Shown here one piece after another: positions 32,013 through 41,533 of a stretch of DNA of 58,336 nucleotides. Every line of letters starts with the position of its first letter. The first letter of the stretch is position 1. Location: the NCBI GenBank assembly GCA_937889515.1, contig CALAOV010000140.1:1-58336 (forward strand), written 5' to 3'. Below the pieces are notes generated by a model. It was not told the origin of the DNA. It saw nothing but the letters and a program-made list of their open reading frames with translations, and made no database searches. The stretch is from an uncultured Myxococcales bacterium (GTDB lineage Bacteria > Myxococcota_A > Polyangia > Fen-1088). The position numbers and the translations under genes were made by a program.

Positions 32013-32300
32013 CTAGTCGATAATTGCCAAGATGTCGTCCTCGCGGAGGATCAGGTGATCCGTTCCGTCGATCTTGATCTCGTTGCCCGAGTACTTCGAG
32101 AACAGGATCTTCTCGCCGGCCTTCACCTCCAGCTTGCGAAGCGATCCGTCCTCCTGGATCTTGCCGTTGCCGACGGCCACGATGATGGCCTCCATCGGCT
32201 TCTCTTTGGCCGTGTCGGGAATGAAAAGCCCACCGGCGGTCTTGCTCTGCTCCTCGATGCGCTTGACGAGGATGCGGTCATATAGCGGTCTGATCTTCAT
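32013..32300 (-). CDS. groES: Co-chaperonin GroES
   Basis: [33 protein letters not shown]. Confidence 0.98.
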   Translation of the reverse strand: MKIRPLYDRILVKRIEEQSKTAGGLFIPDTAKEKPMEAIIVAVGNGKIQEDGSLRKLEVKAGEKILFSKYSGNEIKIDGTDHLILREDDILAIID

Positions 32301-32347
32301 TTCGTTTCTCCTTGATCGAGTCGTTTGGTCCGTCGGAGCTGGCCAGA

Positions 32348-32650
32348 TCAGGCAGCCTCGGACTTCTTGGTTTCGGTGCTCGACTTGTTGGTCGAGCTGG
32401 AGGCCGTCGCGGCTTCCTTACTGGTGGAGTCCTTGGAGGACCCCTGATCCTTCGCGCCGTTCGGCTTGGGACCGGCGTAGAGATCCGAATACCAGCCGCC
32501 CCCCTTGAGCTTGAAGGAGGTGTGGCTGATCAGCTTCTCGACCTTCTTCGCCTTGCACTTGGGGCAGGTCTTGATGGGCTTGTCGGCCATCTTCTGCCAC
32601 TCCTCGAACTGATGTCCGCAGGCGGCACAGGCGTACTCGTAGATCGGCAT
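32348..32650 (-). CDS. FmdB-family zinc-ribbon protein
   Basis: [16 protein letters not shown]...CPKC...FKLKGGGWY. Confidence 0.92.
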   Translation of the reverse strand: MPIYEYACAACGHQFEEWQKMADKPIKTCPKCKAKKVEKLISHTSFKLKGGGWYSDLYAGPKPNGAKDQGSSKDSTSKEAATASSSTNKSSTETKKSEAA

Positions 32651-32684
32651 GCGCCGGAAGACTTAAACACCGCCCGGCCGGTGT

Positions 32685-32711
32685 CAAGCAGGCGGCCATC
32701 GAGAGTGCCAA
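32685..32711 (-). promoter_or_regulatory. Degenerate CIRCE-like element overlapping a TTGACA -35 box upstream of fmdB-groES-groEL
   Basis: Minus strand TTGGCACTC-N9-GCCTGCTTG versus consensus TTAGCACTC-N9-GAGTGCTAA; TTGACA overlaps the right arm. Confidence 0.5.
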
Positions 32712-32795
32712 CAGATACTGAAATATATGAATAATAACATATGTTTATGCGTTCAATATATCCGCAGATAGGACGCCGATAGTACCCTGCTGCGC

Positions 32796-34292
32796 TTGGC
32801 CTTCCGCGCGGGTCCCCCAGGTGTCAAAGGTCCAAACGGAAAAGGGCCCCCGCTCGGAGAACGCCTAGGACGGGTGCCACCGACCGGCCCGGCTCTCTTC
32901 TTTCTGGCCAGCTCCTTTTTCCTGACGCTCCTCCTTCAGCGGAGCTACGCCATCAATTCGGACGAGGGTTACACGCTGAACGCTGCCTGGCAGGTCTGGA
33001 ACGGGATGCGGATGTACGACGATTTCAGGCAATTCGTGGCGCCCGGCTCCGCCTATTCGGTCTATCTGCTCTGGAGCGTCCTCGGCAGCCCCAGCTATCT
33101 GGCCGCCCGGCTTCTCTCGCTGGTCTTTTCGTTCAGCTCGACCACCGCCGTCTATCTGGTGCTGAGGCGGGTGGGCGTTCGAGGCATCAACCTGGCGTTT
33201 TCGGTCTTCGCCTGGCTGGTCGCCTGCCCGGTCTATGCGCTCTTGAACCACAACTCCTTCAGCAGCTTCGCGGCAACCTGGTTTCTCCTGCTGTTCCTGC
33301 GTATCGCCGTCCCCCGGACCGATCGCGGGCCCAAGCTGGTCGACCACGCGCTGGTGGGTGCGGCGGCCGGGGTGGTCTTTCTCTTTCTGCAAACCAAGGG
33401 GCTGTTCCTGGCGCTAGGCGCAGCGGCCTTCGCCTTTTCGGCCGGGGCCAAGAGGCGCGAATTTCGCCCGGGGTTGGCGCTGGTGGGCGGATTCATCGTC
33501 GTCGTGGCGCCGCTATTCGTGATCTGGAGTCCCGCGCTCCTCGTCCGGCAGTGGTTCGTGATCCCCTTGACCGGCAACTATCTCGGCCACACCGGAGCTT
33601 CGGTCGCGATAGCCATCCCCAGTGTCCTTCTGACCTGCGGCATGGGATGGGTGGCGCTGCGTCGCGCCGATCGGGTGCTGGGAGCACTCGCCGTTACACA
33701 GGCCGCGCTCCTCGCCTGCATGAGCCACAACATGGAGATCCACCACCTGGCGATCAACTCCTTTCCGGCCATCATCTTCGCTTCGCTGGTGATTCACGAG
33801 CGGCTCGCGCGGAACGGGGGACCGGCCAGATTGTCCGCCGAAGCCGCGATGGCGATTGTCCTGGCCGCGTTCGTGGTGGCGCTCGTCGCGACGCCCGTTG
33901 GCCGCGATTTCTTCACCTTCAGCCCGCTCTACGTCGACATCCTGAAGCGCCGTCCGAGGCCGACGCTGTTTTCGAACCGGCGCGTCGCAGAAGCCCACGC
34001 GATCTACGCCGGGCCCTTTCTCCCGGGACTCTATTTCGAGCTCAAGAAGAAGAATCCCTATTTCGTCTCGGAAACGATCGTGTGCAACGACGACTGCCAG
34101 CGCCGGCTCCTCGATCAGCTGTCGGCGGTCAAGCCGGAGCTGGCGTTCTTCCACTACGAGATGATCCGGGACCTCGGCTATGATCAGAACAGTCCCGTGG
34201 ACCTTTATTTTCGGCAGCGGTACGTCGGTTGCCACGGCCAAAATTACGGCGGTCTGATCGTCCGCGCTTCCGACCCGAGCTGGTGCCCCTAG
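32796..34292 (+). CDS. GT-C-like (ArnT/PMT-like) membrane glycosyltransferase, paralog A
   Basis: NSDEGYTLNAAWQ..GMRMYDDF..FVAPG first loop; more than 10 TMs; soluble C-terminal domain; TTG start 7 nt after TACCCT. Confidence 0.75.
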   Translation: MAFRAGPPGVKGPNGKGPPLGERLGRVPPTGPALFFLASSFFLTLLLQRSYAINSDEGYTLNAAWQVWNGMRMYDDFRQFVAPGSAYSVYLLWSVLGSPSYLAARLLSLVFSFSSTTAVYLVLRRVGVRGINLAFSVFAWLVACPVYALLNHNSFSSFAATWFLLLFLRIAVPRTDRGPKLVDHALVGAAAGVVFLFLQTKGLFLALGAAAFAFSAGAKRREFRPGLALVGGFIVVVAPLFVIWSPALLVRQWFVIPLTGNYLGHTGASVAIAIPSVLLTCGMGWVALRRADRVLGALAVTQAALLACMSHNMEIHHLAINSFPAIIFASLVIHERLARNGGPARLSAEAAMAIVLAAFVVALVATPVGRDFFTFSPLYVDILKRRPRPTLFSNRRVAEAHAIYAGPFLPGLYFELKKKNPYFVSETIVCNDDCQRRLLDQLSAVKPELAFFHYEMIRDLGYDQNSPVDLYFRQRYVGCHGQNYGGLIVRASDPSWCP

Positions 34293-34353
34293 CGGGCCGT
34301 ACCGCGACGGGCGAAATGGACATTCTCCTGGTTCGGCGGCATCGTCCGAAGGC

Positions 34354-35823
34354 GTGCCCGAAGAGCGACTGGCAGTGAGAGGACGACCGGGAATCGTCCT
34401 CCGAGCCGGAGCGTCCGGACTATTTCTGACCCTGGCCTTCTCGCTCACGCTGCTGCTGACGCGGAGCTACGTCGTTCAATCGGACGAAGGCTACACGCTG
34501 AACGCCGCCTGGCAGATGTGGAACGGGATGAAGATGTACGACGACTTCAGGCTGTTCGTCGCACCAGGCTCCGCGTATTCCGTCTATGCGCTCTGGCACA
34601 TCATCGGCACCCCGAGCTACCTGGCGGCGCGTTTCTTGTCCTTGATCTTCTCGTTCTCGGCGACCACGGCCCTGTATCTGACGCTCAAGGGGCTCGGCAT
34701 CCGGGGCGGCAACCTCGCGCTCTCCGTCCTCGCCTGGCTAACGGCGAGCTCGCTCTGCGTCCCCTTGAATCACAACTCGTTCAGCAGTTTTGCGGCGGCC
34801 TGGTTCCTGCTGCTGTTCTTGCGGATCGCCCGCCCCTCGGACGGGGCGGGCCGTCCCCGACACGCGATTGCCGACCATGCGCTGGTGGGCTTGGCGGCCG
34901 GGACGGTGTTCTTGTTTCTTCAGACCAAGGGACTGTTCTTGGCGATCGGGGCGGCGGCCTTCGCCTTCTCGGGCGGATGGAGGACGCGCACCTATCGGCC
35001 CACCTTGGCGCTGGCGGGCGGGTTCGTCGTGGTCCTGCTGCCGCTTTTCTTGATCTGGAGTCCCGCGGTCCTGGTTCGCCAGTGGTTCGTCATCCCGCTG
35101 ACCGGCAACTATCTCGGCCACACGGGGGCTTCGGGCGCCATCGCGTTCGTCGCCATCGCGCTGGCCGGCGGCATGGGATGGATCGCCTTCCGCCGGCGAG
35201 ATCGAATCCTGCAGGCGCTGGCCGTCACGCAAGCCGCGCTGATCGCCTGCATGACCCACAACCTGGAGCTCAACCACCTGGCGATAAACTGCCTTCCCGC
35301 CATCATTTTCGCTTCGGTGCTGGCTCACGCCCGCCTCGATCGGGCCGACCACGCGGCCAGGCTGTCGTCCGAGCTGACGCTGGCGATCGTCTTGGCCATG
35401 TTCGGCGCGACGATCGTCTGGTTGCCGGCTGGAGCTGCCTTTGCGGCGTCCAGCTCGTTCTACGTGGACATCCTGGGGCGCCGGTCGAGGCCGGAGTTCT
35501 TCTCGAGGCAGCGCATCGCCGACGCGCACGCGATCTACGCGGGACCTTTCCTTCCGGGCCTGTACTTCGAGCTCAAGAAGAAGAACCCCTATTTCGTTTC
35601 GGAGACCGTGGTCTGCAACGATGGGTGTCAACGACAGCTCATCGCCCAGCTGTCGGAGACGAAACCCGAGCTCGTCTTCTTGTACTACCAGATGATTCGG
35701 CACCTCAGTTACGACCAGAACAATCCCGTGGACGTCTACCTGCGGGACCGCTACGCGCTCTGCCCGGGCGACGACTACGGAGGCATGATCGTGCGTGCCT
35801 CCGATCCCAGCTGGTGCCCCTAG
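34354..35823 (+). CDS. GT-C-like membrane glycosyltransferase, paralog B
   Basis: Close tandem duplicate of 32796-34292 (shared SDEGYTLNAAWQ, LNHNSFSSFAA, YAGPFLPGLYFELKKKNPYFVSET, RASDPSWCP). Confidence 0.75.
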   Translation: MPEERLAVRGRPGIVLRAGASGLFLTLAFSLTLLLTRSYVVQSDEGYTLNAAWQMWNGMKMYDDFRLFVAPGSAYSVYALWHIIGTPSYLAARFLSLIFSFSATTALYLTLKGLGIRGGNLALSVLAWLTASSLCVPLNHNSFSSFAAAWFLLLFLRIARPSDGAGRPRHAIADHALVGLAAGTVFLFLQTKGLFLAIGAAAFAFSGGWRTRTYRPTLALAGGFVVVLLPLFLIWSPAVLVRQWFVIPLTGNYLGHTGASGAIAFVAIALAGGMGWIAFRRRDRILQALAVTQAALIACMTHNLELNHLAINCLPAIIFASVLAHARLDRADHAARLSSELTLAIVLAMFGATIVWLPAGAAFAASSSFYVDILGRRSRPEFFSRQRIADAHAIYAGPFLPGLYFELKKKNPYFVSETVVCNDGCQRQLIAQLSETKPELVFLYYQMIRHLSYDQNNPVDVYLRDRYALCPGDDYGGMIVRASDPSWCP

Positions 35824-35873
35824 CGTCGGGTCGCCCAGAACCGGATTGGCCGGATTGGACCTGGCGTCGCCGC

Positions 35874-37421
35874 CTAGAGGGCGTTCAGGAAGATCACCAG
35901 ATCGGTGATCTGGTCGTCCTTGAGCCCGATATCGAAGCGGGCGTTGTAAAATCGGACCAGCGTCCGAAGATCCTTCGCCGAGCCATTGTGAAAGTAGGGC
36001 GCCCGGCCGGCGAGGCCTCGAAGATTGGGACCCTTGGTCTTGCCGAGATCGGTCCAATTGCCGGTGATGAGGGCCCGGCCCGGATCGGTCAGATTCACGT
36101 CGGCGGTCCCGTTGGTGAGGGTGTAGACCGGCAGCCTGGCGACGTCGAGCACGTTGTTCGGCGAGCCATCGTTGTTCACCGGCTGGGCGAGCGTCACGCC
36201 GATGTTGATCGCCAAGGGAGATGAGTGGTTCCCCATGTTCGGTGAGTTGTGGCAAACCGCGCATCCCCCGCGGACGTCCTGGCCGGCCAGCGGGTCGGCC
36301 GGGTTGTAGAGCGGGTTGGTGGGGGAGCTGTTCAGGCCTGGGACATCGTGAATCACGAAGGTGGTCTGGTTGAAGATCGCCTCGCCGCGGCCGATCGCTT
36401 TTTCGACCGGATTGAGCGACGAATACGTGGGGCTGGTGGGCTCCCAGGCCTGGTAGACGGTGAAGTCGGCGTTGCTGAAGCCCGGCTGGAGCGGGTCGTT
36501 GACGCCCACCGAGAAGCCGGGCGCGAGGACGTCGGCGATGTACTTGGCGCCGCCGTTCGCGCCCCGCACGTCGAGCGGCTGAAACGCGAGCGCCGACTGG
36601 GCCGTGTAGAGATTGGTCTCGAACGCGACGATATCGGCCTGCGCGGGCGTGCCGGCGATCGCCGACCCCTGGGCGTGCCCCGTGGTCGCGGAGTTTGCCT
36701 GGTCGTTCAGATCGAAGAGCCAGGGCGCCTCGCCCTGGAAGCCGGCCGCGTTGGTGATCTTCTGCAAGGTCTCGCGACCGTCCCACATGATCGTCGAATC
36801 GAAGACCAGGTTCGTCGAAGGCAGCGGACGGCGGAACATGAAGAGCTGTCCCCCCGCGCCGGACGACCCCGGCGCGATGGCGCAGCGCTGGGGGTTGGTG
36901 GCCGAAACGAGCGAGAAATTCGCGGTGCTGGGGATGCCGATGCCGATGCGAATGAGACCAAAATTGACCAGCTGCGAGGACAGCGCCTTTTGCGGCCGCT
37001 GCGACGCGCTGGTCGGGGGGCAGTCGGATCCATCGTTGGGCGTGAAGAGCGGATCGTGGGGCGGCAATCCCCGCGCGTGGCCCGGCGTGATGGTCCACCC
37101 CTCTTCGACCACGTGGCAGGTGTTGCAGGTGCGCCCGTTGGTCCCCAGGTTGGCAAAGAAGCCATTGGTGGCGCCCGGGCTGAAGGCGTTGGTCGAATCG
37201 CTCTCGATCACCCCGACCGGGTCGAGCCGTTCTTGGATCGGATGGGCGGCGTTGAGATCTTCGGTCACCGACGTGACATCGCCGGAATCCGGACCGCCCA
37301 CACATCCGCCAGCGAGCCCGAGCACTGGGGCGGCCAAAAAAATGAGGTGGCGGGCCCGACGTACATTCGAATCCGTCGAGATCGGGCGGGCCCGATCGAT
37401 CGCATGCCTTTTGGCTCTCAT
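35874..37421 (-). CDS. Di-haem cytochrome c peroxidase/MauG-like lipoprotein
   Basis: Two CxxCH motifs (CNTCH, CAVCH), MWDGR, TDPGRA, PNLRGL..RAPYFHNGS; lipobox AGGC; GGAGG RBS. Confidence 0.85.
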   Translation of the reverse strand: MRAKRHAIDRARPISTDSNVRRARHLIFLAAPVLGLAGGCVGGPDSGDVTSVTEDLNAAHPIQERLDPVGVIESDSTNAFSPGATNGFFANLGTNGRTCNTCHVVEEGWTITPGHARGLPPHDPLFTPNDGSDCPPTSASQRPQKALSSQLVNFGLIRIGIGIPSTANFSLVSATNPQRCAIAPGSSGAGGQLFMFRRPLPSTNLVFDSTIMWDGRETLQKITNAAGFQGEAPWLFDLNDQANSATTGHAQGSAIAGTPAQADIVAFETNLYTAQSALAFQPLDVRGANGGAKYIADVLAPGFSVGVNDPLQPGFSNADFTVYQAWEPTSPTYSSLNPVEKAIGRGEAIFNQTTFVIHDVPGLNSSPTNPLYNPADPLAGQDVRGGCAVCHNSPNMGNHSSPLAINIGVTLAQPVNNDGSPNNVLDVARLPVYTLTNGTADVNLTDPGRALITGNWTDLGKTKGPNLRGLAGRAPYFHNGSAKDLRTLVRFYNARFDIGLKDDQITDLVIFLNAL

Positions 37422-37539
37422 GGCTGCTCCTCCATCGACAAGGTCCGCCCAAGCCGACCGTAGGCGTGGGATCGCGCGACGCAGATCTCGCTCCGCCCTG
37501 CATAAGGAGTACGCCCGGGCGGATCGAACGTAACCAGAA

Positions 37540-37564
37540 AACGACGAATGCCCGAAAAGGTTCC
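37540..37564 (-). promoter_or_regulatory. Putative ECF-sigma promoter GGAAC-N16-CGTT
   Basis: Minus strand GGAAC CTTTTCGGGCATTCGT CGTT, about 120 nt upstream of the peroxidase ATG. Confidence 0.4.
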
Positions 37565-37670
37565 CGGAGAAAGTTCTCGGAGTTTTGAGAGCCCGCGGGC
37601 CCGCACGCGCAACCTCCACCACTTACCTAGACGGATTCGCCGGTGGCGACGCCCGAGAGACGTCGCCCGC

Positions 37671-39242
37671 TCACTCTCGGAAGAGCACCTGGTACGGGCC
37701 CACCTCGCGCAGAGGCCGGAAATTCTGGCGCAGGTAGTCGTCGAGGATCGTCGACCCGACCGTGGAGCTTTCGTTGAACGGTTCGGTTTGCCCGTGGAGG
37801 TTGGAGAGGATGACCAGCCGCGTGTGCTTCGACTCGAGGTCGCCCACCATCTCCCGCTGCACCGGCCCGCGGGTCACGATTCCCGGATCGAATTGCAGGT
37901 AGCGGGTCGCGCTCGGGTGATCGAGGACGAAGTAGAGATCGACCTCGTTGACCACGAGCGTCGCGTGGGTGCGATTCCCCGCGAAGATCGGCTCCCCCGG
38001 GCGCAACCTGGCGGCGACCAGCTCGCGGAGTTGACGTCGGGGCTCGGGAATAAAGTCGGGGATGCCGCGCGTGAACGGCGACCCGTCGAGCTGACCTTCG
38101 GCGACCGGCTCGAAGAGCGGGCCGACGGGGGGATACGGCCCCCACATCGCGCGGGCGCAGAACAGGAGCACGAGCGCGCCGGCGAGCGCGCCGCGCCACC
38201 GGGCCGACGGGCGTGGATCGGGGACGCGGGGCCCGACGGCGTAGGGAAGAGCGCCCAGGAGAACCATCCCGGGGGTCACGGCATAAAAGGCGTGAACCCA
38301 ATCGGCGCGGCCGAGCGCCTGGGGCACGACCGCGAGAGACAGCACGAGGAGTAGCACCGCCGTTGGACTGTCGACCGAACGGCGGCGCACGGCCGCCGCA
38401 ATGGCCAGGACGCCCAGCAGTGGCCCGGCGAAAATGATGGCGAACGTCGTCGACAGGGGGTCGGCCAGGGGCGGCAACGGCCAGCGCCGCGCCGGCATGC
38501 TGTAGCGCACCTGGTCCGCGTACAGGTCGTGGTACAGCAAGCTCCACTTCACCGCGATCAGCGTGGGGAGCCAGAAGATCAAGAGCGGCAGGACGGCACC
38601 GGCGGCCAGCCAGCCGAGCAAGCGAATCGCTTGCCCGCGGATCGGGCGAAGGCGGCGAAACCAGGTGACCGCAGGCAGAAGCAGCCCGCAGCCCAGATAG
38701 AGCAGCAGATCGTGGCGAAAGCTGAGGGTCAGCCCCATCATCGCGCCGGTCAGCAGCCACGGTCCGCGGGCCGCGGTCGCCTGGGCCCGCGCGAGCGCGA
38801 GCACCGTCGCCAGGGCGCAGAGGAGGCCACAGAGCCAGGCGAAGGGCGCGGCCTCCAGCAGTGCCAACCAGAGCATGACCAGGCCGCTCGGCAGAACGGC
38901 GAAACGGCGGCGGACCAGGCGACCCCCGGCGACGCCGCACAGCACCGCGATCCCCAGCCTCAGCAGCTGCGAAAAAATGCGCCCCACGAGAACCTGCGTC
39001 CCGAACAGGCGCCACAATCCGTCGAGGAGGAAATAGATGCCTGGTGGATATTGCGTATAGAAGTCGCGAAACGGCCACCCACCCCAAACCAGCGTGCGCG
39101 TGTGGCTGAGGAGGATGCCCTCGTCGTAGTAGTTGAGCGGGCTCTGCGTCGCCTGCACCATCCGGTAGACGCCGATCATCAGGCAGACCGTCCCCACGAC
39201 GTCGAACGCCAGGTGATCCCAACGTCGCCACCGGGCGTTCAT
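37671..39242 (-). CDS. GT-C-like membrane glycosyltransferase
   Basis: YYDEGILL...GGWPFRDFYTQYPPG loop, multi-TM, FRHD, C-terminal soluble domain. Confidence 0.75.
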   Translation of the reverse strand: MNARWRRWDHLAFDVVGTVCLMIGVYRMVQATQSPLNYYDEGILLSHTRTLVWGGWPFRDFYTQYPPGIYFLLDGLWRLFGTQVLVGRIFSQLLRLGIAVLCGVAGGRLVRRRFAVLPSGLVMLWLALLEAAPFAWLCGLLCALATVLALARAQATAARGPWLLTGAMMGLTLSFRHDLLLYLGCGLLLPAVTWFRRLRPIRGQAIRLLGWLAAGAVLPLLIFWLPTLIAVKWSLLYHDLYADQVRYSMPARRWPLPPLADPLSTTFAIIFAGPLLGVLAIAAAVRRRSVDSPTAVLLLVLSLAVVPQALGRADWVHAFYAVTPGMVLLGALPYAVGPRVPDPRPSARWRGALAGALVLLFCARAMWGPYPPVGPLFEPVAEGQLDGSPFTRGIPDFIPEPRRQLRELVAARLRPGEPIFAGNRTHATLVVNEVDLYFVLDHPSATRYLQFDPGIVTRGPVQREMVGDLESKHTRLVILSNLHGQTEPFNESSTVGSTILDDYLRQNFRPLREVGPYQVLFRE

Positions 39243-39252
39243 TCCTGATTCC

Positions 39253-40161
39253 TCATCCCGGGCTGCGTCGGGCCACGACATCCATCTCACCCATCGGAAA
39301 ACGCACCGAGGCCTTCTTGAGGACCCCGAGGCCAGCGAGGCTGCCCAGGATGCGACCGAGAGAGCCGGGGTACTGTCCCAATCGCCGCGCGACGTTGCCA
39401 AGCGAAAAGCTGACCCACTTGACGCGCGTGCGGTCGAGGTCGAAACCCGTATCGGTCAGCAGACGGGAGACGGTACCAGGTGAGAAGTACCAGAGGTGCT
39501 CTCGGAGCAAGAGCACCCACCGCGGGCCGAACACCCGGGCCGTGAGGCTGGCCGCGTTCGGGAGGCTCATGAACAGGAGCCCCGCCGGGGACAGCCACTC
39601 GCACACGCGAAGCAAGGCGTCGCGGGGGGCGTGGACGTGCTCCAGTACGTCCCACAGCGTGATGACGTCGAAAGACCCCGAAGCGAAGCGCGCCGTCTCC
39701 AGCACCCCCACCTGAAACGAGGCCTCCGGACAGCGGCGGCGTGCCCGTTCTATCGCAAAGCGCGACGCATCGAGACCCGAAACATCGAAGCCGGCACCCG
39801 CCGCCGCAGCCACGAAGAAGCCGGTGGCGCAGCCGACGTCGAGCAGCCGCCCGCGCTGGCCCGACTGCGCGAGGACCAGCGAAAGGTGCTCTTCGGCGGC
39901 GCGGGCGCGATTGGCATCCTCCTCTTCGTAGACGCCGTCCGAGAGCTCCGTGTACACCTGGGACAGCGTCGCCTCGTCGTCGCGCGGGTTCGCCATCACC
40001 AGGCCGCAGGCCTGGCAGCGAACGATGTCCGGGTATGCGGCGCTCTGCCGCGAAGACGAAAAGTACGAGCCGGGGGGCCGGGTCGGATCGAGGGTGCCCG
40101 GGTACAGGAGCTGGAAGTCTCGACCGCCGCAGACCGCGCAGGGCACCAGGATCAAACTCAC
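39253..40161 (-). CDS. Class I SAM-dependent methyltransferase with N-terminal Zn-ribbon
   Basis: CAVC...CQACGL, LLDVGCATG, FDVITLWDVLEHV, EHLWYFS. Confidence 0.9.
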   Translation of the reverse strand: MSLILVPCAVCGGRDFQLLYPGTLDPTRPPGSYFSSSRQSAAYPDIVRCQACGLVMANPRDDEATLSQVYTELSDGVYEEEDANRARAAEEHLSLVLAQSGQRGRLLDVGCATGFFVAAAAGAGFDVSGLDASRFAIERARRRCPEASFQVGVLETARFASGSFDVITLWDVLEHVHAPRDALLRVCEWLSPAGLLFMSLPNAASLTARVFGPRWVLLLREHLWYFSPGTVSRLLTDTGFDLDRTRVKWVSFSLGNVARRLGQYPGSLGRILGSLAGLGVLKKASVRFPMGEMDVVARRSPG

Positions 40162-41480
40162 GCCGGATCTCGATCGAGGAGGATCATCGCCGCGGCCTTT
40201 CGCCCCTGCTCAATCGCGGCGCTGATCGTGCGGTCCTCCGGATAGAACTGGGTGGAGTCCGTGACGTAGAACCCGCGAATCGGCGTGCGGTGGCTCGGCA
40301 TCAGGTCGGCAAAGTTCGTCGTGAAAATCGGCTGCGCGTAGGGAGACCGGAAGACGTGCCATTCCTTGACCCAGTCGCGACGGAACGCCGGGTTGATGAG
40401 CCGCAACATCCCCGTGTATTCGTCGAACAGGTCCTGATCCTTGGCGCTGTATCGCGGTTCGGTGGTGGGCAGATAAAACGGGACGTAGAGCAGGTGGAGA
40501 CCCCGATCGCGGAGATTCCTGTTGAGGGCAGTCTGCTCGATGATTCCGTTGAACGAGATGCGCGGATCGTTGATGTTCGTCCAAAAATTCTGGCTGAATC
40601 GATGCCGCAGGCTGAGCAACATGCACACCACGCCGATGTACTCGATCCGGCGGATGCTCCTGAAGTATCCTTCTTCCCGGCCGGGAATCAGTCGATCGAG
40701 CGCCGGTAGGGCGACCGTCGAGATGACCGCCTCGCACGGGATGATACGCCCGCCCGCGCGGACCTCCGTCACCGCGCCGTCCCGGACGATCAGCGGCTCC
40801 ACCCGGGCGTCGGTCAGCAGCTCGGCGTTGGGCTGGGCTTTCAACCAGGCCACCAGTGGATCCACCAGGGTCGCCGTGCCGTGGTCTAGGCAACCGAAGC
40901 TCTCGCGTTCAAACAGCGAGCGCCGGGAGGTGGCCACACGCCAGATCCGATGCCAGATCCAGGCGGCCGAGACCTTGTCGTGATAGTCGCCAAACTTCAC
41001 CTTGAGAAGGGGATGCCAGATCACCTCGTAGGCTTCCTCGCCGATGCACTCGATGAGCCAGGGCTTCCCCGGCATCTGGTCCAACCTCCGCCACTGCGAG
41101 CGATAGCGAGAGCGCATGATGTGTAGCCCGAAGCGCAGACGTTGAACCCACGGGACCGCGCTGAACCTCAGAAGATCGACCGGCGTTCCAAACGGGTAGT
41201 GCTTGTTGTTGACGAAGAACGCGGTTCGCATCGAGCCCCAGTGAAGCCTGGACCCGAGCCCGAGCTGGCCGACCAGCCTCATCAGGTGGGCATCGGAACG
41301 GCAGATGAAATGATAGAAACGCTCGACAGCGGCGCCTTCCACCTGGAACGAGCTGGCCAGCCCTCCAAAATCCGACGCGGCCTCGAGCAGCGTCACCTGG
41401 CACCCGGCGCGCACCAGATCGTAGCTCGCTGCAAGGCCGGACAGTCCGGCTCCTATCACCACGACGCGCGGTCGCTGCAT
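40158..41480 (-). CDS. FAD-dependent oxidoreductase (amine/protoporphyrinogen-oxidase fold, glycan-cluster type)
   Basis: VIGAGLSGLAA, GGLASS, ERFYHF, YAQP, YPEDRT. Confidence 0.85.
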   Translation of the reverse strand: MQRPRVVVIGAGLSGLAASYDLVRAGCQVTLLEAASDFGGLASSFQVEGAAVERFYHFICRSDAHLMRLVGQLGLGSRLHWGSMRTAFFVNNKHYPFGTPVDLLRFSAVPWVQRLRFGLHIMRSRYRSQWRRLDQMPGKPWLIECIGEEAYEVIWHPLLKVKFGDYHDKVSAAWIWHRIWRVATSRRSLFERESFGCLDHGTATLVDPLVAWLKAQPNAELLTDARVEPLIVRDGAVTEVRAGGRIIPCEAVISTVALPALDRLIPGREEGYFRSIRRIEYIGVVCMLLSLRHRFSQNFWTNINDPRISFNGIIEQTALNRNLRDRGLHLLYVPFYLPTTEPRYSAKDQDLFDEYTGMLRLINPAFRRDWVKEWHVFRSPYAQPIFTTNFADLMPSHRTPIRGFYVTDSTQFYPEDRTISAAIEQGRKAAAMILLDRDPA

Positions 41481-41533
41481 CGCTGCCCACTACCTTACCC
41501 CCAAAGCCCCTCCGAATGGACAATCGCGCGATG

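Noticed and set aside
31992-32014. Hairpin AGGGAACCC/GGGTTCCCT between groES and groEL as a terminator or ncRNA
   Set aside because: No U-tract and it lies inside an operon; at most an mRNA stability element.
34738-37503. 921-aa minus-strand ORF
   Set aside because: Arg/Pro-rich off-frame shadow overlapping the peroxidase gene and antisense to GT-C paralog B; expected in high-GC DNA.
40158-41480. Naming the flavoprotein hemY/hemG
   Set aside because: Only the generic FAD-binding fold is shared; the context (methyltransferase, GT-C) and ERFYH/YPEDR motifs point to a different family.
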